Shown here piece by piece: positions 41,179 to 54,362 of a stretch of 64,000 nucleotides of DNA. The translations under genes and the position numbers were made by a program. A model generated the notes under the pieces. It had not been told where the DNA came from and ran no database searches. It worked only from the letters and a program-made list of their open reading frames with translations. Location of the stretch: NCBI GenBank assembly GCA_951406725.2, contig OX597835.1, positions 37,076,001-37,140,000 of the forward strand, read 5' to 3'. Numbering within the stretch: the stretch's first letter is position 1; each line of letters starts with the position of its first letter. The stretch is from Octopus vulgaris (lineage: Eukaryota).

Positions 41179-41422
41179 AGCATATATATGTATATGCACC
41201 CGCATATATACATGCATACATGTACATATGTATTCACAGACGTGTTTATATTTAGTCTACACTCAGAGAAATTCTGTTTATGTTGTAATATTCTCTGCAG
41301 ACAAGCATCAACACACACACACACACACACACACAGAGGAAAGAAAAATAAAACTTAAATCAAGTGGTCACACCCTTAATCATCTTCCTCCTCTCCCTCA
41401 TCACCATCATCATCATAATCAT

Positions 41423-41469
<47 letters not shown>

Positions 41470-42724
41470 GCACACACACAGATATGTTAAAACACATATA
41501 TGTTAAAACACACATATGTTAAAATGACATATATTTATAAATATATATACATATACACACACACCTTTATGTACATATACAAATACATACATACTTGCAT
41601 GCATACATATATGCATACACACACATACACATTGTATGTATGTATTTGTATATGTACACAAATGTGTGCATGTGTGTGTGTGTATATATATATTTATAAA
41701 TATATGTCATTTTAACCATTTCTGCTCAGACCATGCTGGAGCACTGCCTTCCAAACTGAATGGCTTGTGTTTTATCTTTTTGACGCAGTCCATCTGTGTA
41801 TGTTCTGAAGAGCAATTCATTGTTTGGTTTGTAGTAAATTTAGATTCAGAATTTGGTGGATGCCACTCTGGTCTGACCATAGCCAGGATGCAATGGAAAG
41901 AAATCTGTGTCAGGTGCATTAATAAGAATCTCAAGGGAATACGGGATTTCCATTTTGCGAACATTTTGGGAAATGGCTATGAAATTGCAGGGATTGAAAT
42001 GCCAAACTGATGTTGAGTGGGTCCCTGAGATGAGAATATAAAGAGGGGAATCAGATCTGACAGTGACTATCATTTGTCTTGTTTGTTATGTCTTCTATGC
42101 CAAAAGTCTGGAAAGAAGACATCTGGGATTTGTTCATGCACACACACACACACACGGTATACCATTCCCAATAGCTTTCCAAAGAGTAGAGACACAAAAC
42201 ATGTGGTTGTATTCACAGTAGTCCCAATAAGTACTTTCGCATGATGTGTCTGTGGATATATACGTATACATATGTACATACACAGGCATGCACATGCATG
42301 TGTGCACACACACACACACGCACGTGTGTAACAAAAAAGATTTTGGCTTGGTTAAGAGATGAATGATCAAGATGTCTGCGAGAAGTTCTGAAAACAAAAT
42401 ATATATTCATTGTTAACAAAAAATATTGTCATTACAACAAACTATTGGAAAGAGGATATTCAAGCCAAGTGTGAGTGTGTGTGTGTGTGTGTGCATGTGT
42501 GTGTGTGTATGTGTGTGTGTGTGTGTGTGTCCATGAGAGACATGTATACCAGCAATGACAGCAGACATCATTGAGTGGTCTGAATTCATTGTTGTCATCA
42601 TCATTGCCTTCTGTAGCCAAAGTCGAGTGCCATATATTCTGGAAGCCATTGATTCTGGTTGTCAATGGCCACTAGATAGCCGGCGTCTATACATAGCTAA
42701 TGACAGTTAAAGAAAAGATACCAA

Positions 42725-42835
42725 AGATATATTTCTTCAGAAGTAAGAGTAATATCACCTGCAAAGTCTAGATCTGTAAGTAACTTTGGTGTGACTCATC
42801 TACTTCTCTGTCTTTCCAATTTAAACCCCAGTTCC
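42725..42835 (-). pseudogene. LINE RT catalytic-motif fragment (RTE/RTEX group)
   Basis: GFKLERQRSR*VTPKLLTDLDFAGDITLTSE, a decayed DLDFADD motif. Confidence 0.65.
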
Positions 42836-42917
42836 TCCTCTTTTCCTTCAAAGGTCTTAAGCATCATAGAGTCTGGTACCAGAACAAACAGATATGGTGT
42901 GAATGTATCCCATTAAA

Positions 42918-43260
42918 GTCTGAGACCCCTTTCTGTCATGACAAAGACCATGGGATTGCATCTGGAATGTTCCCCTCCAAAGTACAAGTCTGGGCAAACT
43001 TGTTTGTGGAAGACCAGCAGTCACCCATGCATGCCAGCCTCTGCTCTCTGTGGCATCGATGTTACCCAAGGGAAAGGCAAAGGGGCCGATACAGCTTGGC
43101 ACCTGTGATGTCGCAACTCATTTCTACAGCTGAGTGAACTGGAGCAACGTGAAATTAAGTGTCTTGCTCAAGAACACAACACGCAGCCCGGTCCAGGATT
43201 CAAGCTCTCAACCCCACGATCGTAAGTTCGATGCTCTAACCATTGAACCATGCCCTTCAC
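42918..43260 (-). mobile_element. tRNA-headed SINE with C-type core and a third tail type
   Basis: gggcatggttcaatggttagagc..tgtgttcttgagcaagacacttaatttcacgttgctccagttcactcagctgtagaaatgagt. Confidence 0.85.
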
Positions 43261-44108
43261 AACTAAAGTATACTTGCTGTTATTTCAAAGAAACCGGTCT
43301 CTCCACCAGGCATCATAACTCTTCTTTTTGTGTCTTCATAAAGCTTTGCAGTTGCATTGAGAAGACTTTGGAGGTATATCATATGCTTTCAGAATTTTGA
43401 TCATCATGCCTCTGTGGACGGAATTAAAAGCCTTCTTGAAATAAACACAAATACATACATATATGAATATGTGTGTGTGTGTGTGTATATACATGATAAA
43501 ATATATGTCTTGTCAGAGAGTGATCAATGGTTTCACATCCATAAAACCGTTAGCTTTATAGATAACTTGTCAGACTCTAATGACTTCAGGCATATAACCT
43601 CTCATCAAACTGGAGGTAGTAAACCATTATTGTCAGTTAATTTGTAAACAGAAGAATATTCTGTACTACTTGAACCTTAAAGAGGACAGTTATTGCCCTA
43701 GATCGATCTGATCAGCAAAACCTTTTCCTAATTGACACACGAGGTATCTTCACCCTTAGGTTAGCTCCAGTCTATCATCATCATCATCATCGTTTAACGT
43801 CCGCTTTCCATACTAGCATGGGTCGGACAATTTTGACTAAGGGCTGGTGAACCAGATGGCTGCACCAGGTTCCAGTCTTGATTTGGCAGAGTTTCTACAG
43901 CTGGATGCCCTTCCGAATACCAACCACTCCGAGAGTGTAGTGGGTGCTTTTTACGTGCCACCGGCATGGGGGCCAGTCAGGTGGTACTGGCAACGACCTC
44001 GCTCAAATCCTTTTACACATTCCACCAGCACAGTTGCCAGTTATGTATAAAAGATGTTGAAAATGCACTGGGATTCCTTTAGATTCTTTTATTTTAAGAT
44101 TTTTAAAG

Positions 44109-44147
44109 ACTTAACCGGTTTCACAGATTTCTCTGGTTTTCAAAAGT
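44109..44147 (-). ncRNA. Decayed hammerhead-like motif (H5)
   Basis: acuu-UUGAAAA-ccagagaaaucugu-GAAAC-cg-GUU-aagu; helices I and II and palindrome AACCGGUU retained; core has two substitutions. Confidence 0.4.
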
Positions 44148-44394
44148 TGAGAGAGGAAGACATGGAGCTATGCTGTAACTGCCTTGCTTCTGACAGGAAT
44201 TCAAAAATTGACTTGTTTTTATAAAGAGAACATGGCTTAAATTAATACATGATTTGGATACATTTTGATTGGTCAAGAATGATCACATGATCAGGTTGAA
44301 GAAATTTTTCTAAGTTCTCAGTTATGACCATTCTTTAATGTCATGTGACAATGTTTGGCATTGTCAGATAAAGCAATCACAGTTGAATGGACAT

Positions 44395-44432
<38 letters not shown>

Positions 44433-44962
44433 CCTATGTTATATATGTTTGTGTATGTATATACATGTCGGTATGTATGTGCATATATATATATATGTAT
44501 GCGTGGTCAAATGGTGACAACACCGCTGATGAGAACAGAATAAGATTGGAAAATTGTCTAAGGCTGTTCATCATTTTTCCTTATAGGAGTGGCTGTGTGG
44601 TAAGTAGCTTGCTTACCAACCACATGGTTCCGGATTCATTCCCACTGCATGGCACCTTGGGCAAGTGTCTTCTACTATAGCCTCGGGATGACCAAAGCCT
44701 TGTGAGTAGATTTGGTCGACAGAAACTGAAAGAAGCCCGTCGTATATATGTATATATACGTTTGTGTGTCTGTGTTTGTCCCCCCAACCTTGCTTGACAA
44801 CTGATGGTGGTGTGTTTACGTCCCCGTAACTTAGCAGTTCAGCGAAAAAGACCGATAGAATAAGTACTAGGCTTACAAAGAATAAGTCTTGGATTCGAGT
44901 CGCTCGAGTAAAAGCGGTGTTCCAGCATGGCTGCAGTCAAAATGACTGAAACAAGTAAAAGA

Positions 44963-45057
<95 letters not shown>

Positions 45058-45546
45058 TTTATGTATGTGTGTGTGTATGTATGTGTGTGTGTGTGTGTGT
45101 GTCTGAAGCAAGACAGTTGCAGTATAGCCCCATGTTTTTCTATTTCACTTAACTTTTGAAAATAAAAAAAAAATTTTATAAAATTGCTTAAGTGTTTAAA
45201 AATAGACCATCTGAAAGACTCAGTGCATTTTCAATTTCATCTAGGTATATACATACACACATACATAATATATGTATGTATGTATATATTCTTTTGAGAA
45301 TAAGAGTGAAATATTTATTCACAGCTGAATTTAACAGATGATGCCATTAAGCTTGGTTATTTTATTTATGATTTATAGATTTTCTAAGCATAAAACATTT
45401 TTTTATCAACTCTTCATGTTATCTATGTATACATGAATGTATATACTCATGTGTATGTGTATATATACATGCATGTATGTGTGTATGTATATATATATAT
45501 ATACATACACATATATATACATATATATATACATACATATATACAC

Positions 45547-45625
<79 letters not shown>

Positions 45626-45646
45626 TATATACACATATATAAATAC

Positions 45647-45679
<33 letters not shown>

Positions 45680-45776
45680 CATACACATATATATATACAT
45701 ACACATATATACATACATATATATACATACACACACACACACACACATATATACATACATATATATACATACACAC

Positions 45777-45817
<41 letters not shown>

Positions 45818-45882
45818 GTGCGTGTGTGTATGTGTGAGTAATTATGGTACGATTACTGTTAGACTGTATTCAAAGCTATTAA

Positions 45883-45931
<49 letters not shown>

Positions 45932-46269
45932 TTTGTTATTGTTATTATTGTTAAGCACTAAATTACTAAGTATATTGATTTGAATATATTTGGCAGATAA
46001 TAATATTGAACAAGTTACTGATGTGTTAGCAGTGTTTGTTTTTCATACGGTAGATTATTATGCAATAAAACCATAGATTTTAGCCAATTAAAATTAATTA
46101 GATACCTTGGATTGTTGCAAATGTCTGTTACGATTATAAAGTTTCACTGTGGCTATAAGTACAGGTGCTGCTGTGTGGTGAGAAGTTTGCTTACTAACAA
46201 AATGTTTTCATTTCCTTTTCGTTTTGTTTTCTGTAGTTAGTACTCGGTCAGATTCTAATATGCCTAGAT

Positions 46270-46525
46270 CAGTGCTTTTCAAACTTTTTGCTGGAGCAGA
46301 ACCCCAAGGAAACATTCCACTGTGCAATAATTTAATAGCCTTATGCACACATAAGGCGCAGGAGTGGCTGTGTGGTAAGTAGCTTGCTAAACAACCACAT
46401 GGTTCCGGGTTCAGTCCCACTGCGTGGCATCTTGGGCAAGTGTCTTCCGCTATAGCCCCGGGACGACCAATGCCTTGTGAGTGGATTTGGTAGACGGAAA
46501 CTGAAAGAAACCTGTCGTATATATG

Positions 46526-46560
<35 letters not shown>

Positions 46561-46891
46561 TTGTGTGTCTGTGTTTGTTCCCCTAGCATTGCTTGACAAC
46601 CAATGCTGGTGTGTTTACGTCCCTGTCACTTAGCGGTTCGGCAAAAGAAACCGATAGAATAAGTACTGGGCTTACAAAGAATAAGTCCTGGTGTCGATTT
46701 GCTCGACTAAAGGCAGTGCTCCAGCATGGCCGCAGTCAAATGACTGAAACAAGTAAAAGAGTAAAGAGTATATCTGCACAGGAGAATTAAAAATTACTGC
46801 CGATTTTAGCAGTTTTGTAACTTCTTGCGGAACCCCTGCACTGTACTGGTGGAACCCTAAGGTTCCGTGGAACCCTGGTTGAAAACCACTG
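46270..46891. mobile_element. hAT (Charlie-like) MITE with perfect 8-bp TSD, carrying SINE A (46355-46769)
   Basis: TIRs CAGTGCTTTTCAAAC / GGTTGAAAACCACTG; TSD GCCTAGAT at 46262-46269 and 46892-46899. Confidence 0.92.
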
Positions 46892-47200
46892 GCCTAGATA
46901 CTTATAACTCTCTCCGCCTTTCAGTGATTTTAATATCTGGTCATCTGGTAATTGGATACCTTCGCTGTTGACTACCTGTTCCCTTCTCATGACTAATATT
47001 GCATACTTACCTCTGCCAACTTCCATACCTATATCTTTGCTGAAGAATTTTACAGTGAGTACTAAGGAATCTAACTCTTTTTCATTCTTCCTAAAATGCT
47101 TCAGATCATCCATGCAAAGCAAATCGTTAATTTTTCCCTTACTATTTCTGAACTGATACCCTGCCTTTGCCTTCCTTAATACTAAACTAAGAGGGATCAT

Positions 47201-47775
47201 TATTTACATTTGACGGATATTTGTCTTCATCTTGTTTGTTGTTAACATAACGTTTCGGCTGATATAGCCTCAATCCTTCATCAGGTGTCTTGGGGAAATT
47301 TTAAACCTTGATTCTCATTCCCAAGGTATTTTTTGATGTTATTATTATTGAGTGAGAGAGCAGTTCATGCCATCAAAGTGACACTGGGGTAAAATATACG
47401 AAGCCCAATATACCCATCATGACTACCCGTCTGATAAGGGTACACCAGGCACATGCATCACAACCATATGTGTGCGACATGGTGATCTCATATCAAGATA
47501 AACAGCACATGACCTTGCAGGTGGGGCCCAGTTAGAAATTTCTTTAGGTTGAGTAGCCCATCCCGCTCAAAAGGTCCCTGAATAATGTTGAAAGAACCAC
47601 CCATGTTTCCAGAGGTGAATTATTCAAACCCCAAAGAATCCCTCTCAACACATGGCTATGATGCTCCCCCACTACTTCTGCTCATGATCAGAGATGCACA
47701 TATGAGGGACATGCTCAACTGGTTAAGGTCAAACAACTAACAAGCAAATATTTGCTGTAGCCCATCTTTTATACC

Positions 47776-47817
<42 letters not shown>

Positions 47818-48062
47818 AACTCAGAATCTTGGGGTTAGTAGCCCCCGGCTCTTAACGACTACGCCATATACTTGTGGACAATTATGAGTGAATTTTAGGG
47901 CTTATAAATCTAATATTCTCCTATCCTCCCTTAATACCAGTTCCGATATGCTGTTCATATCTGCGCTTGGTCTGCTTAGGAGGTTGTTGTGTCCTAGCCT
48001 ATGTGCTGCTTCTTTTAGTTTTTGTATTTTCCAGTGGTGTTCTCTGTCTTAATTCTTCATCT
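47201..48062 (-). mobile_element. 5'-truncated Penelope-like element: GIY-YIG C-terminus, tRNA-like segment, (AAT)n and hammerhead
   Basis: DREHHWKIQKLKEAAH..RRILDL* (stop ~47902); tRNA-like segment at 47817-47870; hammerhead at 47244-47289; unclassified repeat inserted at 47350-47775. Confidence 0.75.
47244..47289 (-). ncRNA. Minimal hammerhead motif (family H6)
   Basis: gacac-CUGAUGA-aggauugaggcuauaucagcc-GAAAC-GUU-auguu; palindrome AACGUU; one mismatch each in helices I and II. Confidence 0.7.
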
Positions 48063-48829
48063 CTTAAATATAGAACTGAGAGGGATCAATCATAAGACAA
48101 ATATTAAAGGGGACAACAAGACCCCTTGAAAAATTCCTCTATTGATATTAATTCTCCCTAAGGCTGTATCACCTGAGTAGAGATCTACTTTCTATCTCTC
48201 CAAGCTAAAGCTAATTAATTCTCTTACCTTGTCTGTTAGACTGAATATACTCAAACATCCACTTATCCATGAGCATGAGATCATGTCATAGGGTTTCCTA
48301 TAATCTATCCATGCTATTGTTTGATTTTTCTTTCTAGCTTTTACTTCATTTAGAACTGCTTTGTCTATGTATAATGGATCATGCGTTCCTCTAGCCTTCT
48401 TCCTGCAACCTTTCTGTTCTTCTAGCAGTAAATTCTGGTTGTCAAGGTGCTCGTAAATGCTTTCTGAAAACATTGCTGTCAACAGCTTCCACACTAATGG
48501 TAGGCAAGTGATTGGTCTATAGCAGCTAGCTGCATTGCCCTTGCTCTTATCCTTCATAACGAGTATTATCCTCCCTCTATTCATCCAATTTGGTAATTAT
48601 TCCTCCATTAAGGCAATCTTGAAGTTGTTCCCTCAGCCTCCATTTCGTCTGCTGCTATGTTCTGAGTTCAAATTCCGTCGAGATTGACTTTACCTTTGAT
48701 CTTCTCAGGTCAATAAATTAAGTACCAGTTGAATACTGAGGTCAATGTAACCGACACAGCTCCTCCCCCAAAATAGCTACTCTTGTGGCAAAATTTGAAA
48801 CCATTATTATTATTACTATCTTTTTTTTC

Positions 48830-49558
48830 TTCTTTCAAATTTGCTTCCATTTCTTGCCGAGTGTCTTCCCGACTCCTAGGGCAAAGAAACTCATAGTATA
48901 TATTGGTAGGCCATTAAACTAAACTCACTAGTTCGTTCATTTTTTTTTAAGTTAAATTAAAATACATGGGTAGTAATAGTTCTCACATCGACAATGCTCT
49001 TCTCAATACGTATGATGTACCAGTTAAGACAATCTTTTGCACTTCTTGCAGGGATGGTAAGTAAGGGATCATTCTCATATAATTTTCGGTTCCCTTCTTG
49101 ATCATTCCTAGTGCTCCTACAATCATTGGTATTGTAACCGCCTTGAGATGCCACATTTTCTCAATTTCAATGAGCAGGTCTTTATATTTTCTGAGCTTGT
49201 CAAACTCTTTCGCCGAGATATTATGATCACAGGGGATGCTCATGTCGATCAATAAGCAAACTTTATTGTTTTGGTCTTTCACAACAATATCTGGTTTATT
49301 GGCTTTGATGGTTCGGTCTGTATGTACTGGAAAGTCCCACAGAATCGTTACATTTTCTCCTTCAGTTACAGCTTCAGGGTGGTGATTATACCACTTGTCG
49401 GCAGTTATGATATTGTAATGCCGATTTATTAGCCAGTGTAGATATTGGCCAACTCTGTCATGTCTTAATTTATACTCCACTGGTGCTAAGACTTTACATC
49501 CAGGGATTAGGTGGTCCACTGTTTCAATCATGTCGTTGCAGAATCGGCATTTTGGGTC
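48830..49558 (-). mobile_element. R4/Dong LINE 3' end: CCHC knuckle and restriction-like endonuclease domain
   Basis: CRFC..ETVDHLIPGC..RHDRV..KPDIVV..LIDMSIP..KYKDL..VGALG; open for 182+ codons; flanked by (TAA)-rich tracts. Confidence 0.92.
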
Positions 49559-49616
49559 TTTATTATTATTATTATTATATTATTATTATATTATAATATA
49601 TTATAATATATTATTA

Positions 49617-49647
<31 letters not shown>

Positions 49648-49649
49648 TT

Positions 49650-49830
49650 GGTTTGACTCGGGTTCAATCAGTAGGATTTATGTGGGTTACTACCTGTAAC
49701 CTTAGGTATCCACAAGTTTTCTGTAGTCTTTCAAATACTTAGAACCCTCCAGATAATCCTTGCTGTCCCTAAGAGACTAACTTTCTGTGGGATCTCTATA
49801 GGGCATTCTATTCCAATCTCCTTCAGTCAT
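49650..49830 (-). mobile_element. Second R4-type 3' terminus
   Basis: LKEIGIECPIEIPQKVSLLGTARIIWRVLSI*, then a UTR and (TAA)n. Confidence 0.7.
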
Positions 49831-50555
49831 CTCTCTTCTAATAACAATAACGATGATGATGATTTTTGTTATTATTAGTATTATTATTATTATTACTATT
49901 ATTATTATTATTATTGTAAGGCGGCGGGCTGGCAGAATCGTTAGCACACTGGCCGAAATGCTTACCAGTATTTCGTCTGCTGCTATGTTCTGAGTTCAAA
50001 TTCTGCCGAGGTCGACTTTGCCTTTTATCCTTTCGGGGTCGATTAAATAAGTACTAGTTATGCACTGGGGTCAATATAATCGACTTCATCCGTTTGTCCT
50101 CTCTGTGTTTAGCCCCTTGTGGGTAGTAAAGATTATTATTATTATTATTACTCTTTACTCTTTTACTTGTTTCAGTCATTTGACTGCGGCCATGCTGGAG
50201 CACCGCCTTTAATCGAGCATCTCGACTCCGGGACTTATTCTTTGTAAGCCCAGTACTTATTCTATTGGTCTCTTTTGCCGAACCGCTAAGTGACGGGGAC
50301 ATAAACACACCAGCATCGGTTGTCAAGCAATGCTAGGGGGACAAACACAGACACACAAACATACACGCACACATATATATACATATATACATATATACGA
50401 CGGGCTTCTTTCAGTTTCCGTCTACCAAATCCACTCACAAGGCTTTGGTCGGCCCGAGGCTGAACCCGGAACCATGTGGTTGGTAAGCAAGCTGCTTACC
50501 ACACAGCCACTCCTGCGCCTTGTTATTGTTATTGTTATTATTATTATTATTGTTA

Positions 50556-50604
<49 letters not shown>

Positions 50605-50879
50605 GGCATTGAGCTTGCTGAATTGTTAGCATGCTGGGCAAAAGGCTTAGTGGCATTTCATCCGTCTTTATGTTCTGAGTTCAAATTTTGCTGAGGTCAA
50701 CTTCGCCTTTCATTCTTTCAGGGCCAACAAAATAAATACCAGTTAAGTACTTGGGTCAAATATAATCATCCAACCCCTTGCTACAAAACTTCAGGTTTTG
50801 TCCCATGCATCTACAGATGAAAGGATTGTATAAAATACCTGCTCTGTCAGCGTTGACCCGAGGCTAAACAGCAATATCC

Positions 50880-51600
50880 ATAGAATGCAACGAAATGCAC
50901 CAACGTGCTTAGAATGCATTAAATTTTACAATAGTCATCAAAAATGCAACAATCCGTATAATGTTCTGCAGGCACTGAATGCATTAAATTTGTAATAGTC
51001 AACAAATCTGCAACAAAAATTTACAGAATGCAACATGCACTAAAACATTGCACTCCATTAAAAAACACAAAAGTTAAAGAAAAAATATTAACAAAATGCA
51101 GCAATCAACAAAATTGCAACAATCTGAAGAATGCAATAAATGCATTGAATTGCGTTAAAATGCACAGTATAGTATACAAGAAAAAATAGCAACAAAATCG
51201 ATAGAGTGGGATAAAAAGTGCTAATGAAATGCACAAAATGCATTAAAATGCACAATATGCAAGAAGTGGCAATAAAATTTAGAAAATGCAATAAAATTCA
51301 TAAACACTAATGAAGTGCACAGACAGCCTTAAAATGTGCAATAGACAATAACAACAACAACAACAGCAACAATTGCAACTGCAATGTGCATTCGTTCGCA
51401 AAATGCAACATGATCAACCAATACTGATAAAATCCAGACGGTTGCAATCAAGTGCAATGGAGTGCCAGATAATGGTGACAAAGCTTACAGAATGCAATAA
51501 CATGATCCAATAACTCCAGCAAAATACACAGAATGCCAATAGAATGCGACACAATGCAAACGCAAAGCAACAACATTGATCCCAGTGAAAATACATAAAC
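50880..51600 (+). repeat. Degenerate AATGCA-rich periodic region
   Basis: Many aatgca(a/c/t) words at irregular 10-40 bp spacing. Confidence 0.6.
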
Positions 51601-51784
51601 CTGCAGCAAGACCAGCAGAATTTTTTTTTATGCAGACATCATTCATTTTTTAATGTCATCACACACACACTGAAACACACATACATGTAGACTTATATAC
51701 ACACACATATATATCTAATGCTTGTTTTTATGTTCAGTTATCATAAAAACAATTTTACATAAATCTGACTGCTTATTCTATATT

Positions 51785-52269
51785 GGATCTTTTCGGTTTG
51801 AACGGCAGTTTTTAATATAATTTCTAGGTAACTAAAAAATTTTAAACTTCGTATACTGGTAGAATGTGTTTATAAAACATCATTTTCTCTTGGCTTTCTT
51901 GAGAAAATTCTGTAGTTTGTAAGATATTTCATCTTTGATTTCTTGCATTTCAGCAATTTCAACCAATCACTGGTGTCTATTGAGTTAAAATGCATTCTTT
52001 GCCGTATGAATATGTCCCTCGTTTAAGAAACAGATTGGGTTTATTTACATTTGTGAAGAAAAAAAGATACCCTTCCCCCATCCCTAACCCTAACTAGTTG
52101 CCGAAATGCGAGAAATTAAAGACGAAATATCTTACAAACTACAGAATTTTCTCAAGAAAGCCAAGAGAAAATGATGTTTTATAAACACATTCTACCAGTA
52201 TACGAAGTTTAAAATTTTTTAGTTACCTAGAAATTATGTTAAGAACTGCTGTTCAAACCGAAAAGATCC
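51785..52269. mobile_element. Long-TIR MITE (MULE/Merlin-like)
   Basis: ~170-bp near-perfect TIRs GGATCTTTTCGGTTTGAAC.. / ..GTTCAAACCGAAAAGATCC; 9-bp TSD TTCTATATT / TTCTATACT. Confidence 0.9.
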
Positions 52270-52298
52270 TTCTATACTTCTGTAGAGGACAAATTTAT

Positions 52299-52420
52299 TA
52301 TTCTTAAACAAGAATGTTGTTGATAGTAACTTCGAAGTCTTGACCAGTTGAGCCATTGTCAGATTATGACTTAACTGGCCAAAACTACAAAGTCACTGTC
52401 AATAACATTGTTTAAGAATA
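52299..52420. mobile_element. Small foldback (hairpin) MITE-like element
   Basis: TATTCTTAAACAA..GACCAGTTGAG / CTTAACTGGCC..TTGTTTAAGAATA imperfect palindrome. Confidence 0.65.
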
Positions 52421-52599
52421 ATATATACAAATATATCAGGTGCAGGAGTGGCTGTGTGATAGGAAGCTTGCTTCCCAACCACATGGTTCTGGGTTCAGTC
52501 CCATTGCATGGCACCTTGGGCAAGTGTCTTCTACTATAGCCTCAGGACAACTAAAACTATGTGAGTGGATTTTGTAGATGGAAACTGAAAGAAGTTTGT

Positions 52600-52641
<42 letters not shown>

Positions 52642-53261
52642 GGGAGTATATAAAAAAAAAAATTAAAAGTTTAAAAATATATAAATTTAAAATATAAAAA
52701 TTTATATATATAAATTTACAAATTCTAAATTTTAATAATTTAAATTTTAAATTTTATATATATTTTGTATATTATATTAATTATATTTATTTTTTATTTT
52801 TTGTTTTTTATGTTTTGGTTTATGTCTATCACTGTTTGAGTTGCCTAATAGTGGTTTTATCTCTAATTTAATTTATATATATATATATAAATAAATATTT
52901 TATTCCACTCTTTGTTCTTTTGTTCCACCTCTCTCACATTTCCTGGCCTCCTCTTCATGCTCACTTTACCTCCTCTTTCACTCCACTGTGTCCTTTCATT
53001 TTTTTCTCACCCTCCTTAATTCTTCTATCCCCCTGCCTCTACCTCTCTCTCTTCTATCTCAACGTGACTGGTGTTTGGCCAAGCCTGACCTTTCTTTCTT
53101 GGTTCGACTACCATCCATGCAATATCTAAATTCCTTCCAGTGACTGAAATCTTATGTCCCTGCTGTAAGGCTTTACTTCCACACATGCCAGCTTAATTTA
53201 ATTTGTCCTTAGTCGAAAGACACCTGTTGTTATGTCCTGTTAATTGCATTTGTACTGTCAT

Positions 53262-53490
53262 TGGCCACGTCAGTGATTTTGATTTCACTTGCCTCAATAG
53301 ATCTTCACAAGCAAAGTTTATGGTCCAATGAATGAGGAGTATTCATAAATGGGCTCGTTACACCCACTGGCATAGATCACTGGCTATGGTCTCATTTGGC
53401 TTGTCGGGTCTTCTCAAGCACAACATATCTCAAAAGGTCTTGGTCACTAGTCATTGCCTCGGTAAGACCCAATGTTCGAAAGTCATGCCT
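53262..53490 (-). mobile_element. RTE ORF2 C-terminus and start of 3' UTR
   Basis: HDFRTLGLTEAMTSDQDLLRYVVLEKTRQAK*. Confidence 0.8.
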
Positions 53491-54330
53491 CCTGCCTACA
53501 AAACATTGGTAGGCTGAGGGTCCATTGTAGAAGACACTAGCCCAAGATGCCATGCAGTGGGACTGAACTGAAGACCATATGGTTACAAAGGGAGACTCTG
53601 AAACCTGCAGGCCTGTGTTAAGAGATGGAATAATTGCCACAATTGACTCAACTAGCAAAACAACGACTTTAGGGAGATTTGGCTGTTATTTCTGGCAGAA
53701 TGGAAGACAATATGGAGACTCTGTCATTAGTTCATGGTGGTAATAGTGATGATGATGATGATGATGATGGTTGTGATGGCGATGGTTGTAATGGTGATGA
53801 TGCTGTGATGATGATGGTAATGACGGTGATGAAGTAATGATAGTGATGTTGATGGTGATGGTGGTGATGATGATGCTGAGGTTGATAATTGTAACGGTAG
53901 TGACGGTGACGATGATGAGGATGAAGGTGGTATACACATAATTATATATATATATATATACATACAGTATATATATATATATACATGGTACACATATATA
54001 TATTACATGAACTCTGTTTTTAATCTGGTTAATGACAGCAGGCTGAATTGCTTGCTGCCTGCCTACCTGTCTGTATATATGTATGTATATATATATATGT
54101 ATGCATGTATGTATGTATATGTGAGTGTATATGTATGTATGCGTGCGTGTATATGTGAGTGTATACGGGGTGGTTGTGGTGGTGGGTCTTTGAATTGTTT
54201 CAAATGAAAGCTCTGAACTTGAAACATTGAAAGCAGTGTCATTGTTATGGCTGGTGTTTGTTTATTTGTGAGTGTGTGTATGTTTATGTGTGACTAAGTA
54301 CATGTGTGTGAGTGTGTATACACACACACG

Positions 54331-54362
<32 letters not shown>

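Larger units (their letters stand above)
46210..48640 (-). mobile_element. R4/Dong-clade LINE RT region broken by nested insertions
   Basis: YRPITCLPLVWKLLT..EEQKGCR..AWIDYRKPYD (48192-48584); RGIFQG..SPL; INDLLCMDDLK..YKYLG (46892-47200); ILESD (46210-46269). Confidence 0.9.

Noticed and set aside
52082-52094. Interstitial telomere (CCCTAA)n
   Set aside because: Only two units, internal to a MITE
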